From NCBI RefSeq assembly GCF_000025505.1, contig NC_013849.1, positions 1,380,001 through 1,412,000 of the forward strand: a DNA stretch of 32,000 nt, written 5' to 3'. The notes beneath the pieces were generated by a model. The model ran no database searches and was not told the origin of the DNA. It saw only the letters and a program-made list of their open reading frames with translations. A program made the translations under genes and the position numbers. Below, piece after piece: positions 17,595 through 30,223 of this stretch. The DNA comes from Ferroglobus placidus DSM 10642. GTDB taxonomy: Archaea; Halobacteriota; Archaeoglobi; Archaeoglobales; Archaeoglobaceae. The first letter of the stretch is position 1. Each line of letters begins with the position of its first letter.

Positions 17595-17766
17595 AAACCC
17601 GGAGATAATTTGTCGCGTGTGTCAGTTTTACAAACCGGGAAAAGAAGTGCTTGAGTGTGGAGCTTTTAAAATTCTGAAATTTTTTGTGGAAAGCGGGAGG
17701 TTGAGCGTTGAGGAAATTGAGGAAGCGGCTAAAGTTGTCGAAAAGACTTCTTCTGAGGAGGTTTGA
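17578..17766 (+). CDS. 62-aa Cys-containing small protein (CRVCQFYKPGKEVLECGAFK...), possible precursor or partner
   Basis: GTG 17578 preceded by AGGAGG (17562..17567). It overlaps both the 20-aa ORF and the 5' end of the radical SAM ORF. The listed TTG 17548 start is less supported. Confidence 0.55.
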   Translation: MHLLAENPEIICRVCQFYKPGKEVLECGAFKILKFFVESGRLSVEEIEEAAKVVEKTSSEEV

Positions 17767-18811
17767 GAAAGCTTACGCTTACAACGCAAAAACTGACTAT
17801 ATCTACGAACTGGACGAGGAGGCTTTAAGCTTTTTAACATCCTTAGACGGAAGGGAAGTCGAGATAGAGGAAGAACTTTACGAATACTTAAAAGAAGAGG
17901 GCTTCTTCGGAAATTCGTTACCGGATTTTAAAGAGCAAAAGGAGTTTCCGAGCTTGAGATATTTGCTCGTTCACGTCACTTACAACTGCAACCTGAAATG
18001 CGAACACTGCTACGTTGAAAGGAAAAACGTTTTCATGAGCCGAGAAGTTTTCGAAGCTTTAGCCAGAAACTTCTACGAAATGGGAGGATTGAAACTGATC
18101 GTAACGGGGGGAGAACCTCTAACTCATCCTGAAATATTTGATTTCCTTAGAGAGGCTCGAAGGTATCCTTACAGAATTGTTCTCCTGACAAACGGATTGC
18201 TTATCGACGAAAGAATCGCAAGAAAGCTTTCAAAATTTGTTGATGAGGTTCAAATCAGCTTGGACGGGTTGGAAGGGCATAAAATGCTGAGAGGCGTTGA
18301 TTACCGAGTTGTTGTGGAGAAAATAAAACTTTTGAAAGAATTTGTCGACGTTTCCGTCGCTACAATGATAACCAAGTACAATTTAGAAGAATTTGAGAAG
18401 ATGAAAACTCTAATGGAATCTCTCGACGTTAAAAGCTGGAACATCGACTTTCCGAGTTGCAGCGAGGAGGTAGTTCCAGATTTCGATAAAGCTTCTCTAA
18501 TCTCCCTTGGCTTTGGCGAAGCTCACGAGGCTGAGGAAGGATACTCGTGCGGAACTCACCTCGCTTCGGTCACTCCGAAAGGAGAGGTGACGAAGTGCGG
18601 ATTTTTTGAGGATGCTGTTGGAGACGTCTTTAATCTGGAAGAGGCTTGGAGTGAGCTTAGGAAGAAGTACATATGGAGACTTTCCGAGCTGAAGTGTGAG
18701 TGCGACTTCGTGGAGAAATGCAGGGGAGGTTGCAGATACAGAGCTTTACACTACTCCGGCGACATCTTCGGGGAAGATCCGGTGATGTGTGCAATTTTCA
18801 AAGCCCGGTAA
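17735..18811 (+). CDS. Radical SAM protein with SPASM-type C-terminal Cys-rich domain, probable peptide-modifying enzyme
   Basis: VTYNCNLKCEHCYVE (CxxxCxxC), TGGEPLTHPE, and C-terminal CGTHLASVTPKGEVTKCGFF...CECDFVEKCRGGCRYRA...C. The start is uncertain (TTG 17708, 17717 or 17735). Confidence 0.85.
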   Translation: MSKRLLLRRFEKAYAYNAKTDYIYELDEEALSFLTSLDGREVEIEEELYEYLKEEGFFGNSLPDFKEQKEFPSLRYLLVHVTYNCNLKCEHCYVERKNVFMSREVFEALARNFYEMGGLKLIVTGGEPLTHPEIFDFLREARRYPYRIVLLTNGLLIDERIARKLSKFVDEVQISLDGLEGHKMLRGVDYRVVVEKIKLLKEFVDVSVATMITKYNLEEFEKMKTLMESLDVKSWNIDFPSCSEEVVPDFDKASLISLGFGEAHEAEEGYSCGTHLASVTPKGEVTKCGFFEDAVGDVFNLEEAWSELRKKYIWRLSELKCECDFVEKCRGGCRYRALHYSGDIFGEDPVMCAIFKAR

Positions 18812-18823
18812 TTCTGTTTTTTG

Positions 18824-19368
18824 CTATGTAGATAATCTCGTCACCTTCCATTTTCCCGCTCTTTTAAGAACATCTTCATCGGTTATGTCTCCTCTAATAA
18901 AAACGAGGTCTTTGTGCTCTACTGGAACGCTTTCGACGTCTGCGACAACTGCAATTTCTACTCCTTCCTTCAGAAGCTCTTTAACAGCTACATATATCAC
19001 GCCGTTCCATCCTAGAGCGATGACGTGGTTTTCCATAAAGACCCTCGGTTTTCTTTTTAAACCTTTTTCGATCATAATTTCAGCCACGGAAGCAAGTAAA
19101 ACTCCAAGGACTCCTATTCCGCTTATCATAACAAAAATTGATAAAATTTTCCCGATTTCAGTTTCTGGCGTTATGTCACCATAACCTACTGTTGTGGTGG
19201 TCGTTATAACCCAGTAGAAGGAGTCGAAAAGGGAAACTCCTTCTACTTTGTGAAACAAGAAAGAGGAAAACGTCCAGAGGGAGAAAATGTAAAAAGCTGA
19301 GTAAGTAAAAACCCTTCTTTCCTTTAGAACTGCTGTTAGCTTTTTAGGATTTTAATCAGAACAATCAT
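18824..19368 (-). pseudogene. 2-TM K+ channel with partial RCK domain; frame disrupted near the 5' end and RCK truncated
   Basis: Main ORF 18824..19258 has TTTTTVGYGD and VIALGWNGVIYVAVKELL. The TM1-like segment (RRVFTYSAFYIFSLWTFSSFLFHKVEG) continues in frame upstream of 19258 without ATG/GTG. It connects to ATG 19368 only through a one-base frame change at the A5 run (19341..19345). Confidence 0.6.
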
Positions 19369-20456
19369 ATCTTTTTCAACTCTTCAACGAACTCGTCTAT
19401 CATTTCCTTCGTTACGTGAGGCATCACGACCATCCTTATAGCTTTCGGCTCTCTTATCGTTGAAATGACCCATCCTCTCTTGTACAGCTCCTCCTTTATT
19501 TTTTCGGCTCTCTCCGTTTTGAAAGCCACGACGTTCATAATCGGCTCAATTACCGGCTCGTAGCCGATTTCTCCCATTTTCTCGACAAGATAATTTGTGT
19601 TTTCCATGCACTTTTTGACTATTCTCTTCATCCCTTCGAAGCCGAGTCCTTTCAGCACAGCGTAGCTCGAAGCAACACCTGTTCCGGGGCGAGTTCCGGT
19701 TAGAGTGAATTGGTATTTCGTCGTTAAGTAGGGAGTTTCCACTTCAAGCAGCTTCAGGAAACTCTCGTCTCTGAAGAGAATTCCCCCAGCCGGAATCGTA
19801 GCCATTCCCATCTTGTGGGGATCTAAAGTTATGGAAGTTACTCCTTCCAGTTCGAAGTCGAAGGGAATCTTTCTTTCAAGGAACGGCAAAACGAGTCCTC
19901 CAAAGGCTGCATCTACGTGGAGAGGGACGTCTTTTTCGATAGCTATCTTCGAAAGCTCGTCTATCGGATCAACCTGTCCAAGCTCCGTCGTTCCTGCAAT
20001 TCCAACTATCGCAACGGTGTTTTCGTCAATAGCTTTTTCAACTTCACCCACGTCGACTCTGTATTCTTCGTCCAATCCGACCCTTCTTATTTCTACAGCA
20101 AGCAGGTCTCCTATCTTTTCGAAGGAGAAGTGAGCCGATTTCGGAATTACTATGTTCGGCTTTTTAGCTCTTTTCAAATTTCTTGCAGCCCTTATTCCCT
20201 GAATGTTCGCTTCAGTGCCTCCGGAGCAAATGTAGCCGGCAGCTTTTTCGTTGTGCAAAAGCTTTCCGAGCATTTTTATTAGCTCTCTCTCGAGCTCCCA
20301 CGTTCCTACAAAAATCCCCGGATCTCCGAGGTTTGTCTCTAAAAACATTATGTGGGCTTTCACAGCCAAAGGATGCGGAACTGTGCACATGGAGCTGAGA
20401 ACCCTCTTGTAAGAGATGTCCTTGAGCCTGAAGTTGAGAAGCTCTTTAAACACCAT
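19365..20456 (-). CDS. mfnA: L-tyrosine/L-aspartate decarboxylase, MfnA type
   Basis: SMCTVPHP, FLETNLGDPGIF, SGGTEANIQG, HVDAAFGG, DPHKMGM (PLP Lys). The probable start is ATG 20456 (MVFKELLNFRLKD). The upstream extension to 20726 is antisense to mobA. Confidence 0.9.
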   Translation of the reverse strand: MVFKELLNFRLKDISYKRVLSSMCTVPHPLAVKAHIMFLETNLGDPGIFVGTWELERELIKMLGKLLHNEKAAGYICSGGTEANIQGIRAARNLKRAKKPNIVIPKSAHFSFEKIGDLLAVEIRRVGLDEEYRVDVGEVEKAIDENTVAIVGIAGTTELGQVDPIDELSKIAIEKDVPLHVDAAFGGLVLPFLERKIPFDFELEGVTSITLDPHKMGMATIPAGGILFRDESFLKLLEVETPYLTTKYQFTLTGTRPGTGVASSYAVLKGLGFEGMKRIVKKCMENTNYLVEKMGEIGYEPVIEPIMNVVAFKTERAEKIKEELYKRGWVISTIREPKAIRMVVMPHVTKEMIDEFVEELKKI

Positions 20457-20504
20457 GCAGAGGCATTTGGACAAGCTTAATATAATTTTTATTAAAGGGC
20501 TTTT

Positions 20505-21107
20505 GTGAACGTTGCCATACTCGTCGGTGGAAAAGGCAGAAGAATGGGATACGTGGAAAAAGCTCTTCTCGAAATCTGCGGAGTGAGGATTATCGACAGG
20601 CTTTTGAGGGAATTTAAGGATGACAACGTCGTTATTGTTTGCAGGGACGAAGAGCAGAGAAAGCTGTTCGAAGGTGAGACGATCGTAGACTCTATAAAAA
20701 ACTTTGGAGCTTTGGCTGGAATTCACGCAGCTTTAAAGTATTTTGGCGAGAGAACGCTTGTTTTGGCATGCGACATGCCTTTCGCGAAAAGAAGAGTTGC
20801 CGAAAAGCTATTTGCTGAGGCTGAGAAAATCGATGCGAACGTTTTGATGCCCTACTGGAAGGAAGGTCGGTTCGAACCCCTCTTTTCAATTTATTCCCCG
20901 GAAGTTATTCCGGAGATTGAAAAAAGTTTTTCCTTTGGAGAAAAGAAAATTTTAAAACCTGTTTTCCGCTCTTCTGGAGTTTACCTCTATTCTGTCGAAT
21001 GTTTGAGGAAGCTGGACGAAAAGCTAATATCCTTTTTCAACGTCAACACTCCTCAGGAGCTTAGGAGGGCGGAAGAATTATGCTCATCGACAGATTCGGT
21101 AGAGTGA
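20505..21107 (+). CDS. mobA: Molybdenum cofactor guanylyltransferase-like protein
   Basis: NVAILVGGKGRRMGYVEKALLEICG, LACDMPF, and the MPYWKEGRFEPLFSIY motif. Confidence 0.9.
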   Translation: MNVAILVGGKGRRMGYVEKALLEICGVRIIDRLLREFKDDNVVIVCRDEEQRKLFEGETIVDSIKNFGALAGIHAALKYFGERTLVLACDMPFAKRRVAEKLFAEAEKIDANVLMPYWKEGRFEPLFSIYSPEVIPEIEKSFSFGEKKILKPVFRSSGVYLYSVECLRKLDEKLISFFNVNTPQELRRAEELCSSTDSVE

Positions 21108-21961
21108 TTACTAATTTGAGGATCTCCGTTACGAGCAGATGCAACTTATCGTGCTTTTACTGCCACAGAGAGGGATATTCAGCGGAGAATGAGTTAAGCG
21201 TGGAGGAAATTGGCGAGATCGGGAGAGCTTTTAGAACTCTTGGAGTAAAAAAGGTGAAAATAACAGGAGGAGAGCCTCTTGTTAGGAGCGATATCGCTGA
21301 GATTGTGGGCGTTTTGAATATATTCGACGAAACTTCCATGACTACCAACGGTATAAAGCTCGGAAAGCTTGCTTCCGAGCTGAAAGAAGCTGGGCTTTCC
21401 AGAGTTAACGTCAGCCTGGACACCCTCGATGAAGAAAAGTACAAGCTTTTGACGAGAGGAGGGGAGCTTAAAAAAGCTCTGAACGGAATAAGCGAGGCGG
21501 TGAGTGTTGGTTTAACTCCGGTCAAGCTGAACATGGTGGTTATGAAGGGTATTAACGTTGACGAAATGTGGGAGATGGTAGATTTTGCGAGGGAGTTTAG
21601 AGGAGACGTTATTTTGCAGCTCATCGAACTCATGAAACTTCCTTGGAACGAGAACAACTATTACGACCTTTCCGAAATTGAAAAGGAGCTGAAAAAGATT
21701 GCTTCTAAAGTGAAGGTAAGGAACATGCAGAGGAGACGGCAGTATTTCTTGGACGGAGTCGTTGTTGAAGTGGTAAAGCCTTACGACAATTCAGAATTCT
21801 GTAAAGCCTGCAACAGAATAAGGGTAACGGCTGACGGAAAAATTAAGCCGTGTCTGATGAGAAATGATAACCTTGTTGATATCAGAGGGTTGAAAGGTAA
21901 AGATTTAATATCTGCGATTAAAAAAGCTGTCCAGCTCAGAGAGCCTTACTACAAGGGGTGA
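21080..21961 (+). CDS. moaA: GTP 3',8-cyclase
   Basis: DRFGRVITNLRISVTSRCNLSCFYCHREG, KITGGEPLVRSDI, and C-terminal FCKACNRIRVTADGKIKPCL. Confidence 0.96.
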   Translation: MLIDRFGRVITNLRISVTSRCNLSCFYCHREGYSAENELSVEEIGEIGRAFRTLGVKKVKITGGEPLVRSDIAEIVGVLNIFDETSMTTNGIKLGKLASELKEAGLSRVNVSLDTLDEEKYKLLTRGGELKKALNGISEAVSVGLTPVKLNMVVMKGINVDEMWEMVDFAREFRGDVILQLIELMKLPWNENNYYDLSEIEKELKKIASKVKVRNMQRRRQYFLDGVVVEVVKPYDNSEFCKACNRIRVTADGKIKPCLMRNDNLVDIRGLKGKDLISAIKKAVQLREPYYKG

Positions 21962-21965
21962 TAGC

Positions 21966-22112
21966 TTGATAGAAATGGAAGTGGATGGGAAAAAAGTGCC
22001 CATGAACGATTACGTAAGGAGAGTTTTTGAAAGCGTAATAGAAGCTTTGGTCTCAACTTTAAAAGGAGTTGACGAGGACTGGAAAGAGCTTAAAATAGTG
22101 ATTAAGAGATGA
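21966..22112 (+). CDS. 48-aa small ORF (MIEMEVDGKKVPMNDYVRRVFESVIEALVSTLKGVDEDWKELKIVIKR)
   Basis: Fills the moaA-hisC gap. Its stop overlaps the hisC start (ATGA at 22109..22112), with GGTGAT upstream. ATG 21975 is an alternative start. Confidence 0.6.
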   Translation: MIEMEVDGKKVPMNDYVRRVFESVIEALVSTLKGVDEDWKELKIVIKR

Positions 22113-23143
22113 TAAGGAAGGAATTGTCGGAAGTTCCGGAGTACGTTCCCGGAAAGAGCGTCGAGGAAATTAAGAGGACCTACGGTTTGGAGAAGGTTGT
22201 AAAGCTTGCGTCCAACGAAAATCCCTACGGAGCGAGCCCTAAGGTTTTCGAGGCTTTAAAAAATTTTAGGGACTTCCACGTTTACCCACCAAAAGATCCA
22301 ATCGAGTTGAGAGAAAGAATTGCAGAATACGTAGGATTTCCCGAGAAGATGATCGTCGTTGGAGCTGGGTTGGACGGGGTTTTAGAGAACGTCTTTAAAA
22401 TGTTCGTAAATAAAGGAGATGTAGTAGCGATACCGATTCCAACCTTTCCTTACTACGAGATACTCGCAAAAATATATGGGGCAAAAATAAAATTTTTGAG
22501 GAGAAAAGAAAATTTTGAGACAGCTGAATTCGATGAAAGGGCCAAGCTAACAATAATTTGCTCCCCCAACAACCCGACGGGGAACGTTGAAAATTTCGAG
22601 TTCGTTAGAGAGGTTGTTGAAAGCGTAAAAGGGATTGTTTTCATAGATGAAGCTTACGCTGAATTTACTGAGAAAAGGCTTACGAAGCTTGCAGAATACG
22701 AAAACGTCATAGTGGGCAGAACTTTTTCGAAGGCTTTCGGATTGGCAAATCTCAGAATTGGATATGCGATTATGAACGAAAACTTTGCCAGGGAGTATAT
22801 GAAGGTTTGTCCTCCCTTTTCGATTTCGACAATCGCAATACTGGCAGCTATTGCAGCTTTGGACGACATCGAATACATGAATAAAGCGGTGAAAAAAATA
22901 GTTGCGGAAAGAAGCAGACTTGAAAAAGCTCTTGGAAAGTACTTCAGAGTTTATCCGAGCGAAGCGAATTTTTTGTACGTGGAAGCTGAAAATTCGGATG
23001 AAGTTTGCTACGAGCTTGAGAGGAGAGGTGTGATTGTGAGAAACTTGAAGAATTTCAGGGGGGTTAAAAACGGTATAAGGATAACGGTGGGCAAGCCGGA
23101 GGAGAACAACTTTCTACTAAAAGCTCTGGAGGAGATCTTTTGA
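22109..23143 (+). CDS. hisC: Histidinol-phosphate aminotransferase
   Basis: KLASNENPYGASP, CSPNNPTGN, FIDEAYAEF, GRTFSKAFGLANLRIGY. Confidence 0.95.
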   Translation: MIRKELSEVPEYVPGKSVEEIKRTYGLEKVVKLASNENPYGASPKVFEALKNFRDFHVYPPKDPIELRERIAEYVGFPEKMIVVGAGLDGVLENVFKMFVNKGDVVAIPIPTFPYYEILAKIYGAKIKFLRRKENFETAEFDERAKLTIICSPNNPTGNVENFEFVREVVESVKGIVFIDEAYAEFTEKRLTKLAEYENVIVGRTFSKAFGLANLRIGYAIMNENFAREYMKVCPPFSISTIAILAAIAALDDIEYMNKAVKKIVAERSRLEKALGKYFRVYPSEANFLYVEAENSDEVCYELERRGVIVRNLKNFRGVKNGIRITVGKPEENNFLLKALEEIF

Positions 23144-23658
23144 TAGCGATAACCGGAACTCCGGGAACCGGGAAAAGTACAGTTGCCGAGATCTTAAGAA
23201 AGAGGGGGTATGTAGTTCTCAGCGTCAACGAAATTGCTGAAAAATTCGGATGTATTGAAGAGGAAGAAGATGGCGTGAAAATTGTCGATCTGGAGTGCCT
23301 TGAAAAAGTTGAAGTTGACGCGGATTTCGTCGAAGGACACCTTTCGCACCACCTTAACGCTAAAACCGTTATCGTTCTTCGCTGTCGTCCCGATGTCCTT
23401 TACGAAAGGCTCGTTAAAAAGGGTTGGAGCGAGGAAAAGATAAGGGAGAATGTGGAGGCGGAGCTGATAGATTATATTCTCGTTGAGGCTCTTGAGAAGC
23501 ACGATGATGTTCACGAAATAGACACCACGAATCTTACACCAGAGGAAGTTGCAGACAAAATAGAGGAAATTTTAAGGGGTAAAAAGTATCCACCGGGAAA
23601 AATAGATTGGATTTCAGAACTTTCCGACTCTATCGATAAATATATAAGAAAATTATAA
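23140..23658 (+). CDS. Adenylate kinase family protein of the AK6/Fap7 type
   Basis: Walker A TGTPGTGKST, DFVEGHLSHHL, VLRCRPDVLYERL, and LIDYILVEALEKH are typical of hCINAP/Fap7 homologues. Confidence 0.9.
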   Translation: MIAITGTPGTGKSTVAEILRKRGYVVLSVNEIAEKFGCIEEEEDGVKIVDLECLEKVEVDADFVEGHLSHHLNAKTVIVLRCRPDVLYERLVKKGWSEEKIRENVEAELIDYILVEALEKHDDVHEIDTTNLTPEEVADKIEEILRGKKYPPGKIDWISELSDSIDKYIRKL

Positions 23659-23780
23659 TATATTGTTCATGATAATTGCTGCTCACGAGCAAAACGTTTA
23701 TATTCCAAGAAGATCTTGCCAATTAACACGATGAGGAGCTCGTCAAGAGCTCCGAGATTAAAATGAAGTGTGGCATAAAG

Positions 23781-23790
23781 CTTATAAATC
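23781..23790 (+). promoter_or_regulatory. Putative TATA element of the rRNA operon
   Basis: AAAGCTTATAAATC about 200 nt upstream of the 16S 5' end. Confidence 0.5.
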
Positions 23791-23921
23791 ACTAAGTGAT
23801 AATAACAAATTACCAAAGCCGCGGGTCCGGCAAGTACTCCGACGGGGCGTAAGCCCAGGATGGGGAGTGGGGTTCCCACCCGCGGCATAGTAGGGAAGAC
23901 GTGCCGCAAGGCACGTCTGAG

Positions 23922-25542
<1,621 letters not shown>

Positions 25543-25616
25543 GGGCTCGTAGCTCAGCCTGGTAGAGCGCCGCCTTTGCGAGGCGGAGGCCTCGGGTTCA
25601 AATCCCGACGAGTCCA
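25543..25616 (+). tRNA. tRNA-Ala (anticodon TGC), no intron, CCA not encoded
   Basis: Acceptor GGGCTCG/CGAGTCC, anticodon arm CCGCC-TTTGCGA-GGCGG, T arm CTCGGGTTCAAATCCCGA, discriminator A. Confidence 0.97.
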
Positions 25617-25691
25617 TACTTGATTGTTTAATTCGTGCACCCGGCGATGGAAAAGTCGCCGGGGAAGGGTTTAGCCCCTCGTGGGTGATGA

Positions 25692-28758
<3,067 letters not shown>

Positions 28759-28771
28759 GAAAAAGAAGAAT

Positions 28772-30223
28772 TTAAAACACTATTTTACTCAGTTCATTCC
28801 AAATTTCGTCGATTTTTCTCTTAATTTCGTCGCTCATCTCTATTGCTTCCGGCCACTCCCTCTCGTATCCCTCTTCTTTCCACTTCTTCGTAGCGTCTAT
28901 TCCGAGCTTTCCACCGAGGTTTGGCTTGTAACTTGAGTGGTCGAGGCTGTCGAGCGGAGCGTCTGGGATTATTACAACATCTCTGCTCGGGTCGAATCTG
29001 CTCGTCACAGCCCAGAGAACTTCACGCATGTCGTGGACGTTAACGTCTTCATCGACAACAATGACAATTTTCGTCAAGCTGAGCATTCCCGTTCCCCAAA
29101 TTGAGAACATAACCTTTTTTGCATGTCCCGGATACCTCTTCTTTATCGAAACTATAGCCAAGTTGTGAAAGCCAGCTTCGATAGGTAAGTTTATATCGAC
29201 AATTTCCGGATGAATCATTCTGAGAATCGGCAGGAAAATTCTTTCTGTAGCTTTTCCAAACCAAGCATCCTCCATCGGTGGCTTTCCAACAACCGTCGCA
29301 TGATAAATTGGATCTTCTCTGTGTGTTACGCATTCGACGCGAAAAACCGGATACGGCTCGGGAGGAGTGTAGTAGCCGGTGTGATCTCCAAAAGGACCCT
29401 CCGTTCTAAACTCGTCGAGTTTAACGTAACCTTCAAGAACGATTTCAGCACTGGCCGGCACTTCCAATTCTACCGTTTCGCACTCGACCATCTTCAATCG
29501 CTTTCCTCTTATAAACCCGGCAAACATAAATTCGCTCATACCCTCTGGCAGAGGAGCTGTTGCCGAGTACAGCGTGGCTGGATCTACTCCTATTGCCACA
29601 GCAACTTCGATCTTGTCCATCCCAAGCTCCTTCATCTTTTTGTAGTGTAAAGCTCCGTGCTTGTGTATTTGCCAGTGCATACCAGTTGTCCTTTCATCGA
29701 AAACCTGCATTCTGTACATCCCGGCATTCAGCTCTCCGCTTTCCGGATCTCTCGTTATAACGACCGGCAGAGTTATGAACCTCCCGGCATCTTTCGGCCA
29801 GCACTTCAGTATGGGAAACTTGAACAGATTTGGCTTTTCGTCTATTACTTCCTTACAAGCTCCACTCCTAACTTTCTTCGGCAAAAAGCTCATTAATTCC
29901 TTTAACGTTCCAATGGATTTCAATCCGTCTAAAATAGAGCTCGGTTTCAGATTAGCTAACCTTACGAGCTTTTCTCCTATTTCTTCAAATCTCTCAACTT
30001 CCAAAGCGAGTTTCATTCTCCTCTCTGTTCCGAAAGCGTTCAAAAGCACAGGAATGTCGTAACCCTTTGGATTTTCGAAGAGTAAGGCTTTTCCTCCCCT
30101 TTTTACGACTCTATCTGCTATTTCCGTCATTTCGAGAATCGGGCTGACCTCGTGCTTTATTCTTGCAAGCTCGTTCTCCTCTTCAAGCCTATCGATGAAC
30201 TCCCTGAGGTCTTCGTACGGCAT
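28772..30223 (-). CDS. ubiD: UbiD-family (prenylated-FMN) decarboxylase
   Basis: Substitute UbiD series: LRLEEENELARI-type N-terminus, TLPVVITRDPESGELNAGMYRMQV, EGPFGDHTGYYTPPEPYPVFRVECVTHREDPIYHATVVGKPPMEDAW. Confidence 0.93.
   Translation of the reverse strand: MPYEDLREFIDRLEEENELARIKHEVSPILEMTEIADRVVKRGGKALLFENPKGYDIPVLLNAFGTERRMKLALEVERFEEIGEKLVRLANLKPSSILDGLKSIGTLKELMSFLPKKVRSGACKEVIDEKPNLFKFPILKCWPKDAGRFITLPVVITRDPESGELNAGMYRMQVFDERTTGMHWQIHKHGALHYKKMKELGMDKIEVAVAIGVDPATLYSATAPLPEGMSEFMFAGFIRGKRLKMVECETVELEVPASAEIVLEGYVKLDEFRTEGPFGDHTGYYTPPEPYPVFRVECVTHREDPIYHATVVGKPPMEDAWFGKATERIFLPILRMIHPEIVDINLPIEAGFHNLAIVSIKKRYPGHAKKVMFSIWGTGMLSLTKIVIVVDEDVNVHDMREVLWAVTSRFDPSRDVVIIPDAPLDSLDHSSYKPNLGGKLGIDATKKWKEEGYEREWPEAIEMSDEIKRKIDEIWNELSKIVF

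Noticed and set aside
20457-20726. N-terminal extension of the mfnA ORF to 20726
   Set aside because: It is antisense to mobA and has no MfnA similarity. ATG 20456 gives the expected N-terminus.
23818-23886. Possible L7Ae kink-turn in the pre-16S leader
   Set aside because: The GA/AG nucleotides sit on the wrong side of the 3-nt bulge for a standard kink-turn, so it is reported only as a structured leader.
25684-25690. GTGATGA resembling a box C of a C/D guide RNA in the 16S-23S spacer
   Set aside because: No properly spaced CTGA box D or terminal stem could be assigned, so this is probably coincidence.
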